64,000 bases of DNA from an uncultured Ignavibacteria bacterium (GCA_937870915.1 CALMZQ010000221.1:999-64998), one strand, 5' to 3'. Counted from the first letter of the stretch, positions 41,945 through 50,611 are shown. Notes: generated by a model from the letters alone, not told the origin. Translations and numbers: made by a program.

Positions 41945-42124
41945 GAACAGCGAACATTAACAGCGAACGCAGAACAGCGAACAGCGAACCTTAGTGAATA
42001 GGGGAAACGTAGAAGAAATATACAAAATGTACATCCTTCATTCTCTACGCAATTCGCTGTTCTGGATTCGCTGTTCGCTGTTAACATTCTCTATTCGCTA
42101 TTCGCTATTCTCTATTCGCTATTC
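41945..42124. repeat. Two inverted arrays of heptamer repeats (GAACAGC versus TTCGCTG/TTCGCTA) flanking a ~60-bp spacer
   Basis: 41945-41989 GAACAGCGAACATTAACAGCGAACGCAGAACAGCGAACAGCGAAC; 42052-42124 ATTCGCTGTTCTGGATTCGCTGTTCGCTGTTAACATTCTCTATTCGCTATTCGCTATTCTCTATTCGCTATTC. Confidence 0.85.
42017..42031. promoter_or_regulatory. Candidate SOS-like operator upstream of dnaE2 (TACA-N3-TGTA)
   Basis: AATATACAAAATGTA, identical to 48334-48348; extends to the near-palindrome ATATACAAAATGTACAT. Confidence 0.6.
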
Positions 42125-43026
42125 TTCATCCACGTCCGTTCCAACACAGAAGTAGCGATGTAGTCAACTTTCAGCCCATTATTTGTTACCATTCTGTTCG
42201 TTGTGCTGAAAGCTCTCATGTATCCGCGGTTTACATATCGCTCCATAGTTGCATGAGAGATTGATATAGTGCCGTACGCAGGGATACGTTTCATCGTTAC
42301 GGCCATATAGGCTATCTGATCGTTGCCGGTTCCTGAAAGTGAATCCACACGAACTGTTCGAAAAAGCGTATCAAGCTTCTCGTTCATAACAACGGTCTTC
42401 TCTGGGCCGAATGTATGGCCGATATTCTGTATGGCTGAGCGAAGAGATAACGTATCAGTATAGGACTTGCCAATCATGGTCATAGTCTCGCCCCTTGCAA
42501 ATGGAGCTAACAATGCAAATTCTGTAGGAAAGGTCATTACAAGTGACGTTTGTGCCTCTGAGTCCATTGTTCTGGAGATCACACTTCCTAGGCTATTACC
42601 ATCGTCCGTGGATGACATCATGTCATGACTAGCCATCATTATGCGTCCATAAGGATCTAACGTGGCTTCATACTGAGGGGAAGCCCATGCCAATCGAACG
42701 CCCGTGATGCTCATTTCACCCTTCTTAGAGAAGAGGAGGGTGTCAGATTTCAGCAGGTCTCGCATGGTTCTCATTTTTACAGCTACACGAACGTTGCCCA
42801 CTTCGTCGCGGTCTATGATCTCCAACTGGTATACAGCAGGCACACATACACCTTTGTCATTCATCACATGCTGGTCAATTCGCAGGTGATAGGAGAGTAT
42901 CCTACCAATAGCAAGGTCGCTCGTACCTTGATCTTGCACCATGCCCGGTCCCGATTGTTCATTCTGTCCACTTGCAACCTGGTAGATCAAGAGAGCAAGG
43001 ACAGAGACACACAGGAAGTTCTTCAT
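42112..43026 (-). CDS. Secreted hypothetical protein, tandem paralog 1 of 4
   Basis: Signal peptide (ASG-Q), GAGGTG RBS, shared motif GR.L.Y.LR.DQ.V...GVC.PA.Y....DRD..GN.RV. Confidence 0.8.
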   Translation of the reverse strand: MKNFLCVSVLALLIYQVASGQNEQSGPGMVQDQGTSDLAIGRILSYHLRIDQHVMNDKGVCVPAVYQLEIIDRDEVGNVRVAVKMRTMRDLLKSDTLLFSKKGEMSITGVRLAWASPQYEATLDPYGRIMMASHDMMSSTDDGNSLGSVISRTMDSEAQTSLVMTFPTEFALLAPFARGETMTMIGKSYTDTLSLRSAIQNIGHTFGPEKTVVMNEKLDTLFRTVRVDSLSGTGNDQIAYMAVTMKRIPAYGTISISHATMERYVNRGYMRAFSTTNRMVTNNGLKVDYIATSVLERTWMKNSE

Positions 43027-43149
43027 CTCGCCACCTCTTTGTAATTCGGACAAGACAGTCCGAATATATGACGACGCCTTATAGATAGCAAGGAAAAGTT
43101 TTCATACGTGAAAAAACGTATACTAGAGGTAGAATTAGTGAGTAGGGGG

Positions 43150-44085
43150 CTACTTTTTCACTGTACTCGAATCCAATATCGAGGTAGCGATGTATTCAGG
43201 AATCAAGCCGGGTATGCCTTCCTTACGGCTAGTAGTTTCAAAGGTCTTCATATACCCCTTTTTTACATACCGTTGCATAATGGACGTGGCAATGGAATGT
43301 ACACCATAGACCGGGTGGCGCTCCATCCGAACCGTCATATGAGCAACCTCATCGTCACCACTACCAGAAAGTGAGTCTATGGTGACTGCTCGAATGATTG
43401 TATCCTGGTTCAAGCGTGGTTGTTTCTCTGATTCTGACCCAGTTGTATGACCGATCTTTTGGATCGTCGATGTGATCAAAAGGGTGTCTACATATGCCGT
43501 ACCAATAATGAACGAATTTGATTCGCGTAGATATGGGGCCAAAAGCGCATACTCCGTAGGTATGGTAGAGAGTACTTGCGTCATTGCATCGGAGTCTGTT
43601 ATGCGCGGCAGAACTGTCCCCATGGTGATCGTTTCTGGAGTTGTAGACTCGAACTGTGCGTTAGTAAACATAACCCTGCCATACGCGTCGAGGGTGGCTT
43701 CGTATCTAGGAATTGTAAATGCAAGGCGTACACCAATGATCTTCAATTCTCTAGACTTTGTCATAAAGAGCGTATCGGATGATATCAATTCACCAGCCGA
43801 TCTCATTTGAACAGATACGCGTGAATTGCCAGCCTCATCTCGGTCAAGAATTGTAATCGTATACGTGGCAGGTATACATACCCCTCTACCGTTCACAACG
43901 TGCTGATCAACTCTGAGCCGGTAGGTCAGAACCCTGCCAGGCACCAATTCCGTGTATGCTTTGTCATTGAGTATCCCTGGCCCCACACGAACATCCGGAC
44001 CATTGTCTCCATTCTGACCTCGACTCACATTGGCAGAAAGAATGAAGACGCACAAAACAAATGGTAAAGAGACGGTCTTGATCAT
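43150..44085 (-). CDS. Secreted hypothetical protein, tandem paralog 2 of 4
   Basis: Signal peptide (SRG-Q), same shared motif, C-terminal PEYIATSILD. Confidence 0.8.
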   Translation of the reverse strand: MIKTVSLPFVLCVFILSANVSRGQNGDNGPDVRVGPGILNDKAYTELVPGRVLTYRLRVDQHVVNGRGVCIPATYTITILDRDEAGNSRVSVQMRSAGELISSDTLFMTKSRELKIIGVRLAFTIPRYEATLDAYGRVMFTNAQFESTTPETITMGTVLPRITDSDAMTQVLSTIPTEYALLAPYLRESNSFIIGTAYVDTLLITSTIQKIGHTTGSESEKQPRLNQDTIIRAVTIDSLSGSGDDEVAHMTVRMERHPVYGVHSIATSIMQRYVKKGYMKTFETTSRKEGIPGLIPEYIATSILDSSTVKK

Positions 44086-44207
44086 GGCATCACCTCAGAG
44101 TAGATGGTTTGACGACGTCAGATCAGCTATCACGAACTTCTACACAAGAACAGTAGTGTGGTAATGTTCGGGTGTACGAGTGCCGTAAGTAATATAGCGT
44201 ATGAAAC

Positions 44208-45140
44208 TCACCTATCCATCGTACTCGTATCGAGAATGGAGGTTGCGATGTATTCAGGAATGGGGCTGGTAGATCCCACCTTCCTACTGGTGGTAACAAA
44301 GGACTTCATATAGCCCTTTTTTATGTAGCGTTCCATAACCGAGATCGCAACCGAAGGCATTCCGTAAACAGGGTAACGCTCCATACGAACGGTCATATGT
44401 GCGAGCTCATCGTTACCACTTCCAGAGACTGAATCGATCGTCACCGTTCGAATGATAGTATCCTGAGCCTCTTTCGGCTGGGGCCTTGTCTCGGTTCCTA
44501 TAGTTCTGCCAATCTTTTGGATTGCAGAGGTAAATAGTATTGTGTCTTTATACGGTCTTCCTACGAGAATGGAGGTTGCCCCTTGTAGATACGGTGCCAT
44601 GAGGGCGTATTCTGTTGGGATAGTGGAAAGGACGTTTGCCATTGCATCCGAGTCCGTTATCCGAGACTCAACGTTACCCATCGTACTTGATTCTTGGGAC
44701 ATTGCGTCTAATTGTTCATTTGTATATAGAACCCTGCCATTTACGTCCAAGGTTGCTTCATACTTGGGAATTGCAAAAGCAAGGCGCACCCCAACGATCT
44801 TCATCACCGTTGACTTTGAGAGAAAGATCGTGTCAGACGCAATGAGCTCGCCTGCGGATCGCATTTCAACTGAAACACGTGAGTTGCCAGCAGCATCTCT
44901 ATCGAGTATTGCTATCGAATATATAGCTGGTATACATACGCCTCTTCCATGTACAACATGTTGGTCAACCCTGAGTTTATACGTTAGGACTCTACCAGGA
45001 GTAAGCTCTGTGTATGCCTTGTCGTTGAGAACTTCAGGCCCTACCTGAATAATCGGTGTATCGCTGGTGTCTTGCCCCTTACTCACGCCAATTGAGATAA
45101 AGATCAAACAGAAATGGACCGTCAAGGCAAGTAGTTTCAT
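44208..45140 (-). CDS. Secreted hypothetical protein, tandem paralog 3 of 4
   Basis: Signal peptide (SKG-Q), same shared motif, most similar to paralog 2. Confidence 0.8.
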   Translation of the reverse strand: MKLLALTVHFCLIFISIGVSKGQDTSDTPIIQVGPEVLNDKAYTELTPGRVLTYKLRVDQHVVHGRGVCIPAIYSIAILDRDAAGNSRVSVEMRSAGELIASDTIFLSKSTVMKIVGVRLAFAIPKYEATLDVNGRVLYTNEQLDAMSQESSTMGNVESRITDSDAMANVLSTIPTEYALMAPYLQGATSILVGRPYKDTILFTSAIQKIGRTIGTETRPQPKEAQDTIIRTVTIDSVSGSGNDELAHMTVRMERYPVYGMPSVAISVMERYIKKGYMKSFVTTSRKVGSTSPIPEYIATSILDTSTMDR

Positions 45141-45277
45141 TACGTTTACTCGAGTCAGATGCCGACAGTAAGCAAAACTACTTACTTCCGTTCTACGCGA
45201 GAAGGTACTTTATAGTTTCCTCCAATTCTATTTCTGGTGAAATACTTTAAAAAGAACTCTCTTTGAGCCGTTTAAGG

Positions 45278-46207
45278 CTATTTGGTGTCTTCTAAGGAAT
45301 TGTTAATCCAGGAACGTTCAAGTACGGTGGTTGCCACGTAGTCCAGCCGTAAACCTTTATTCGTGACCAAGTTGTTTGTTGTTTTGAATGACTTCATATA
45401 GCCGCGGCTTACGTAGCGTTCCATGGTTGCTTGGACGATAGATTCTGCTCCGTGTGAGGAAGATCGATTCATAACAACCTTCATATACGCGATCTGGTCA
45501 GGCCCTGCACCTGAGAGCGAGTCGACACGAACTTTCCTGATCACTATATCGTGTATCTCCTTTACGCTTGAAGTGCTATCGGGGCCATATGTATGACCGA
45601 TTGCTTGCATGCTCGATCGAATGGTGAGAGTATCAACATATTCTTTACCAACCTCTGTCATAAATGCCCCGTGTTGATAGGGGGCTAACAATGCTAACTC
45701 AGTAGGGAATGTTACTGCAACTGAAGAAACGGCCTCATAGTCAGTTGTGCGGGAAAGTACTGACCCCATAGTTCTTGCGGCTTCAGTGTGTCCGGGTAGT
45801 TCGTCACGTGCACGTAACAGACGGCCGAATTTGTCGAGTGTAGCTTCGTATTTCGGTGATATCCACGCCATTCGAAAACCCACGATCTTCAGTTCTCCAC
45901 TTTGCGAAGCAAAGAGAGTATCAGTAGTTAAGAGCTCTCTCATTGTTCGTACTTGTACCCCAACACGAACGTTACCTGCGGCATCGCGATCTAATACCTC
46001 TAACTGATAGACTGCCGGGATACATACACCTTTATCTTTAACCACACTTTGGTCTACCCGCAAATGATACGTAAGAACTCTGCCGGGTACGAGTTCTGAT
46101 TCAGCGTTCATCTTGCTGCTGTGCGATTCCATTCGCTCAGTCTGTGCGCTCGCCTCTACTGTCAAGAACAAAGAGACGCAATGAAGAAGTACGAGAGCTT
46201 TCATCAT
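45278..46207 (-). CDS. Secreted hypothetical protein, tandem paralog 4 of 4
   Basis: Signal peptide (ASA-Q), same shared motif, C-terminal DYVATTVLERSW like paralog 1. Confidence 0.8.
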   Translation of the reverse strand: MMKALVLLHCVSLFLTVEASAQTERMESHSSKMNAESELVPGRVLTYHLRVDQSVVKDKGVCIPAVYQLEVLDRDAAGNVRVGVQVRTMRELLTTDTLFASQSGELKIVGFRMAWISPKYEATLDKFGRLLRARDELPGHTEAARTMGSVLSRTTDYEAVSSVAVTFPTELALLAPYQHGAFMTEVGKEYVDTLTIRSSMQAIGHTYGPDSTSSVKEIHDIVIRKVRVDSLSGAGPDQIAYMKVVMNRSSSHGAESIVQATMERYVSRGYMKSFKTTNNLVTNKGLRLDYVATTVLERSWINNSLEDTK

Positions 46208-46278
46208 GTCACCTCTGTTTGGTGCGGAGAATTACGTACGAAGATGTAGCATTGCCGAATTATTACCAAATATTAATT

Positions 46279-46515
46279 TCAATCGAATATTCTCGATAAA
46301 ATCCAGGAGTTCTGGCCGCTTTTATAGACCTCCATTACACCGGAAGTGGTCTCGAGGAGGATATAGTCACGCATTTCATCAATACCCCACCAAGGGCCCC
46401 TACTCGACCATGCATCGAGCACTCGTTCCACGTCGTAAGCACCCCCACGCCAGCATACAACATATGGTGTATTGTTGCGGCACCCAACATCTATCGGTTC
46501 TAGCAGGAGTTTCAT
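46279..46515 (-). CDS. Small protein of the mutagenesis cassette, DUF6504-like / ImuB-C-like
   Basis: WRGGAYDVERVLDAW...GPWW....RDY...W.LSRIFD; ATGA-coupled to the imuB-like gene. Confidence 0.7.
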   Translation of the reverse strand: MKLLLEPIDVGCRNNTPYVVCWRGGAYDVERVLDAWSSRGPWWGIDEMRDYILLETTSGVMEVYKSGQNSWILSRIFD

Positions 46516-47468
46516 TCATTCCCTCTGCGTTCTTGGGAATAGCCTGTAATCCGTGCATATGACTCGGGAACTATGGACCATGGATCTAGGATCTCGATAC
46601 GCTTCATCACGGAGGAATAGCGTGGAATCATAGCTAAGGAGACATCTAGAGCTGTTTTCCGCTCGATGAACAGCTGTGTTTGAATAACACTTGGTTGGGT
46701 AAGTGAAGCCAGCCGTAGCCGCAGACCCCACCAGAGTCGTACTGGGCCTTGTAGATCGCGCAGTAAGGCGCGTGCATGGACCAAGATGGTATCATATGTT
46801 GTGGCACCCTGACGTAGTACTCTACTGCGCTGCGCGCACACGTCATCGGCTCTATCCAGTACTGCAAGCTCAATACGCCAGCAGAGTTTTGGTACAAGTT
46901 CTGATATCACACGAGCACAACATTCTCGCAAGGCTGAGTCTAGGACACCGGGCTCACATTGCACATCATCGAATCGCTCTGAAGAGACGATGGCAGGGGG
47001 CGGAACATAGAGTGGAAGGGGAGGAAATTCTTGTACAAGGAAGGTGTGGAGTTTACTGCCGGCCGTTCCAAACTGAACACGGAGATGACGTTCCTCCAGC
47101 TGCTGCAGGTCTCCTATGGTGCGGATACCAAAGAGCCGTAAGCGTTCTGCGTCGCGTTCATCTAAAGAGAGCTCAGGTATTCGCAGGAGCACGGAGCTAG
47201 GTACATCCTTCGCATTTGCGTAGGCGTCCAAACGTCCTGCCGTTCCGTTGAGTGCACAGAGAAATGCACTTATTCTATCGGGTGCCAACGCAGATAATGC
47301 CTTGGTTCTACGCACGAGCTCACGAAGTCCATTCAGATCATCAGTGCCGGCAAATAGCCTACCATGCCCGGACACTACAAGAAGTGGGGTACAAGCATGT
47401 ACCCGTTCAACAACGGCATCCCATCGGGCGGAGGAGAGAGCCCCTTCCATAACAACGCAGAGAATCAT
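46512..47468 (-). CDS. Y-family polymerase-like accessory protein (ImuB/ImuY-like, probably catalytically inactive)
   Basis: ERLRLFGIRTIGDL HhH/thumb motif, L..QFG..G, little-finger-like region, Q.QLF clamp-binding-like motif; lacks the N-terminal acidic catalytic motif. Confidence 0.75.
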   Translation of the reverse strand: MILCVVMEGALSSARWDAVVERVHACTPLLVVSGHGRLFAGTDDLNGLRELVRRTKALSALAPDRISAFLCALNGTAGRLDAYANAKDVPSSVLLRIPELSLDERDAERLRLFGIRTIGDLQQLEERHLRVQFGTAGSKLHTFLVQEFPPLPLYVPPPAIVSSERFDDVQCEPGVLDSALRECCARVISELVPKLCWRIELAVLDRADDVCAQRSRVLRQGATTYDTILVHARALLRDLQGPVRLWWGLRLRLASLTQPSVIQTQLFIERKTALDVSLAMIPRYSSVMKRIEILDPWSIVPESYARITGYSQERRGNE

Positions 47469-47527
47469 CTGCGATTCTACGAAATGTCAAATGAATTGAC
47501 AAAGCAGATGTGGGCTGGGGGATAAGT

Positions 47528-48298
47528 TTAGAGTTTCTTGATGCAACTGCGAACCACACCAACTATCGTAAAGTCCATGTCGGCTGTGATGGCAATGTCC
47601 TTATACCGTCTGTTTTCAGCCCGCAGAACTGGACGCCCTTCGGCCTTGATATATCGTTTAACGGTGAGTTCGCCGTAGACCTTTGCAATGACGATCTGAC
47701 CAGAACGTGGCTGGATGGCACAATCAACGATAAGAGTGTCTCCATCACTGATTCCTGCGTCAGTCATTGAATCTCCCACCACCCGAATAAAATAGGTGCT
47801 TTCGGGATGTTCAAGAAGCATATCGGCCAGATCAATCTCACGCTCGATCGTGTCATCGGAAGCAGTAGGGAGGCCGGCACTAACTCCCAATGACAACATC
47901 GGAATACGTGGCCCGCGAGCCCCCTTCACTGAACGAGCAGGTGCTACAACAAGGGGCGATTGTGACTTGAGTTCGGCAATTACAGAACGAATGGCTTGCA
48001 CTTGCTCTTCGAGACGGTCTAAAGCGGTTTTTGCCTCGCTGGGAATCGAGTGATGATCAGGGCCTGATGTTCCAAGTGTTGGAGAGCCGGTTCCGGTCAA
48101 GAGCCAACCGGAAGAAATCCCGTAGCGTTTTTCGAGGATGGCCAATACATCCTGGGGTACAGATGTGCGACCAGATTCCCACGAATACACGGTAGGTACC
48201 TTTACCTGCATATGCTTTGCATAGTCAGCCACAGACATCTGAAGGACAGATTCGCGGATCTGACGATGACGGGTGCCGAGCTGGATCTTGGTTTGCAT
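47528..48298 (-). CDS. XRE-HTH plus peptidase S24 (LexA/UmuD-like) self-cleaving repressor
   Basis: HTH (YA..MQV...TVYSWESGRTSVP..WLLTG), VSAG cleavage site, VVGDSM Ser, TVKR Lys; start set to the ATG at 48298. Confidence 0.88.
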   Translation of the reverse strand: MQTKIQLGTRHRQIRESVLQMSVADYAKHMQVKVPTVYSWESGRTSVPQDVLAILEKRYGISSGWLLTGTGSPTLGTSGPDHHSIPSEAKTALDRLEEQVQAIRSVIAELKSQSPLVVAPARSVKGARGPRIPMLSLGVSAGLPTASDDTIEREIDLADMLLEHPESTYFIRVVGDSMTDAGISDGDTLIVDCAIQPRSGQIVIAKVYGELTVKRYIKAEGRPVLRAENRRYKDIAITADMDFTIVGVVRSCIKKL

Positions 48299-48333
48299 AG
48301 GAATACCGTATTCAATTGTGGAAACATGTGGAC

Positions 48334-48348
48334 AATATACAAAATGTA
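48334..48348. promoter_or_regulatory. Candidate auto-operator upstream of the HTH-S24 repressor
   Basis: AATATACAAAATGTA, 35 nt upstream of the ATG, identical to the box upstream of dnaE2. Confidence 0.6.
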
Positions 48349-48379
48349 AAGGTATTTGCATTTATTATGGAGTAGGGGG

Positions 48380-49900
48380 CTATGTGGTGGTGGACTTCTC
48401 GACTGTTTTCAATAGGGACTCGAACATCACTTCGAAGGGGATGAGCTCATTTGTTTCAGAGGGCATGGGATCATGCGAGGAGGCAACAAGCTCCTCGTAA
48501 ATGTCCTTTGTGTTCTTGCGGATCTCGGATGGAATAAACGAGTGTTTGGGAAAACTTTGAATGAGGCGTAAGAATATCCGGACCCTATTGAAGTGCTTTT
48601 CTTTGAGATAGCGCGAGGAATAGACTCGCAGATAGTCGATCCGTTTTTCAGCCGTATCGTAGTCACCATTGATCATGAGGTAGAATACGTGAGACACTAT
48701 GATCAATACGTTATAGACCTTCTTTGACTTTGATTCTTCCGGTAGGGAATTCAGATACGTTGAAAGGCGAAACGTCTTTGCGCGACTCTGTTGCGGTGCA
48801 TACAGACCGAGCTGTTCAGCGAGCAAAAGGTAGGCGCCGTAGATGATCCAGCGCTCCCTTGTATTCTCGGAGAGCATGTTGTACTTGCGATGGGTTGTTG
48901 CCCTCGTGTAGAGGAGTTCAGCCTTTTCATAATCCTGGATATTGATAGCAGCTACAAAGGCAAGGTCAGATGCAAAGTACCAGTTGTTACCTGCTACAGT
49001 GAATGAATCAATACACTTGTCTGAAAGGGTGAAGGCCTCACTATAGCGTCGTAGGTAGAGTGCCGCCGTCATTTTCTGAAGCATGAACTCACCGTGACGT
49101 GCTCGTTGAGACAGATGAGGAACCGAATTCAGGTATTCAATGGCACTGTCACATTCATTGATAACCCCGGAAAAATCCTCAACAAAATCGAAGTAGTTCA
49201 CCGCGGCGCGGAAACTGCTCAACCGCAGGCCATGCGTATTGTGTTCCTTACGCATCGTCTCAACCTTTACCATGGCGTCTTTATGTAGGTCGATCAAATA
49301 GGACCGTTTGCGACTCGTTACCGTCATCTCCATTTTTAAATGGTCGAGCAAAAAGTCTGCATCATATTCACATTTCAATGCGCTCATATGTCGTACCGCT
49401 TCTCGATGATGATGCAGAAACGTGGTGCGCTTGTTCCAAACGGCAGCAGATTCTCGTAACATCACTGCAAGCGAGACGCAGATATCGGTGAACTGATACT
49501 TTTGAGCAATGGTCAGAGTCTTCAACGCTATCGCATAACCAGCACGACGAGATGCAAATCGCATCAAGGTCTGAGCTGCGATCTGGTTGCGCATACATTT
49601 GTAATAGTAGCTCAGGTATTCCGAGTGCTCTGGCTGTTTTACCTGTAAAAAGAGCACGGAGTGCATCAATCGCTCGTACGTACGCGACTTTAGCGTTCGG
49701 TAACGCTGGTCGCTAGATCCCGTTCCATAAAGATCAAGTGCGGCTTCATCATCGTTGGCATATTGATCACTGGCAATACCGATTAGATACCGCCCTGCCA
49801 GTGATGAGGCTGCCTCATCACCCTCGACGAGCTCAGGAAAGACCTTGGCTTTGTCGGATTTCGTTGTAACAATCCGCAATATTTCTTTAAGAATTTCCAT
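48380..49900 (-). CDS. Large alpha-helical hypothetical protein (possible N-terminal HTH-like region plus TPR-like repeats)
   Basis: 506-aa ORF, no signal peptide or TM; helical-repeat patterns (LYLRRYSEAF, INIQDYEKAE, MINGDYDTAE); DDEAALDLYG....RYRTLKSR segment; fold call is an inference. Confidence 0.65.
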   Translation of the reverse strand: MEILKEILRIVTTKSDKAKVFPELVEGDEAASSLAGRYLIGIASDQYANDDEAALDLYGTGSSDQRYRTLKSRTYERLMHSVLFLQVKQPEHSEYLSYYYKCMRNQIAAQTLMRFASRRAGYAIALKTLTIAQKYQFTDICVSLAVMLRESAAVWNKRTTFLHHHREAVRHMSALKCEYDADFLLDHLKMEMTVTSRKRSYLIDLHKDAMVKVETMRKEHNTHGLRLSSFRAAVNYFDFVEDFSGVINECDSAIEYLNSVPHLSQRARHGEFMLQKMTAALYLRRYSEAFTLSDKCIDSFTVAGNNWYFASDLAFVAAINIQDYEKAELLYTRATTHRKYNMLSENTRERWIIYGAYLLLAEQLGLYAPQQSRAKTFRLSTYLNSLPEESKSKKVYNVLIIVSHVFYLMINGDYDTAEKRIDYLRVYSSRYLKEKHFNRVRIFLRLIQSFPKHSFIPSEIRKNTKDIYEELVASSHDPMPSETNELIPFEVMFESLLKTVEKSTTT

Positions 49901-50290
49901 GGCAAAAACACCTAAAGTGCCTTATAGTAGGGACTTGCATTGCAACTCCAATATACAGTATTGCCAGTAATGCCCTGTAACAATTTCAATTTATTTGTAA
50001 CAGAGTATCAATTCTATTCATACCATTTTCGCTCTACAGGCAACGGACCGGGGTTATACCCGTGCCGTGGTGCCTCGCGTCGCACAATGCCCGGCAAATG
50101 CCGGTGTTGTGATCGTACATATGCATTGATCTGTCCAATAACATGGACGGTTCATCTGTATCTGGTCAAACATAACCTATCCGTTGTGGTGGGGTAGGTT
50201 TGGGTTGGTTGATGCAGAGATATATGGAGTCACAAAAATGAAGATCAACTACAAACATCATTTGTTCAAACCAATACAAGGGTTTCCGCC

Positions 50291-50476
50291 ATGGAACTAC
50301 TCATCGCAATCATGTGCTTCTTCGGACTCGTTAGCTACGAGGATGCCGGTATTACGCAACCTGAGGCCAATCTTCTGTTGCAGAACAATCAGTCGACGGT
50401 CCAGTATTACTACGATAATCCGGACTCACTCGCCGTATTGCCACAACGCGTCAACATTGATAGAGCAGAAGATTAA
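50291..50476 (+). CDS. Small peptide L1 (61 aa), hydrophobic N-terminus, ends IDRAED
   Basis: MELLIAIMCFFGLVSYEDAGITQPEANLLLQNNQSTVQYYYDNPDSLAVLPQRVNIDRAED; paralog at 50745. Confidence 0.85.
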   Translation: MELLIAIMCFFGLVSYEDAGITQPEANLLLQNNQSTVQYYYDNPDSLAVLPQRVNIDRAED

Positions 50477-50528
50477 TGTCTGTCTGAACTAACAAATCAC
50501 TTCAAAAACAATTTCAAGCGAGAACATC

Positions 50529-50582
50529 ATGCGTACAACACGCCAACACCCATACTCGATCGATCGCGGCGAAGAAAACTAA
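50529..50582 (+). CDS. Micropeptide S1 (17 aa) MRTTRQHPYSIDRGEEN
   Basis: ATG...TAA; differs from S2 only at silent positions; GAGAACATC-ATG start context. Confidence 0.8.
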   Translation: MRTTRQHPYSIDRGEEN

Positions 50583-50611
50583 TTCAAACAACTCCTTAAC
50601 ACGAGAACATC

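Noticed and set aside
41944-42087. N-terminal extension of DnaE2 in the ORF track (MLTANSESRTAN...)
   Set aside because: It is translated heptamer repeat and promoter sequence; the PHP domain begins at the ATG at 41943
49940-50492. Track ORFs 49940-50197 and 50184-50492
   Set aside because: No recognisable motifs or start context; the second overlaps L1 in another frame, and only L1 has a conserved paralog
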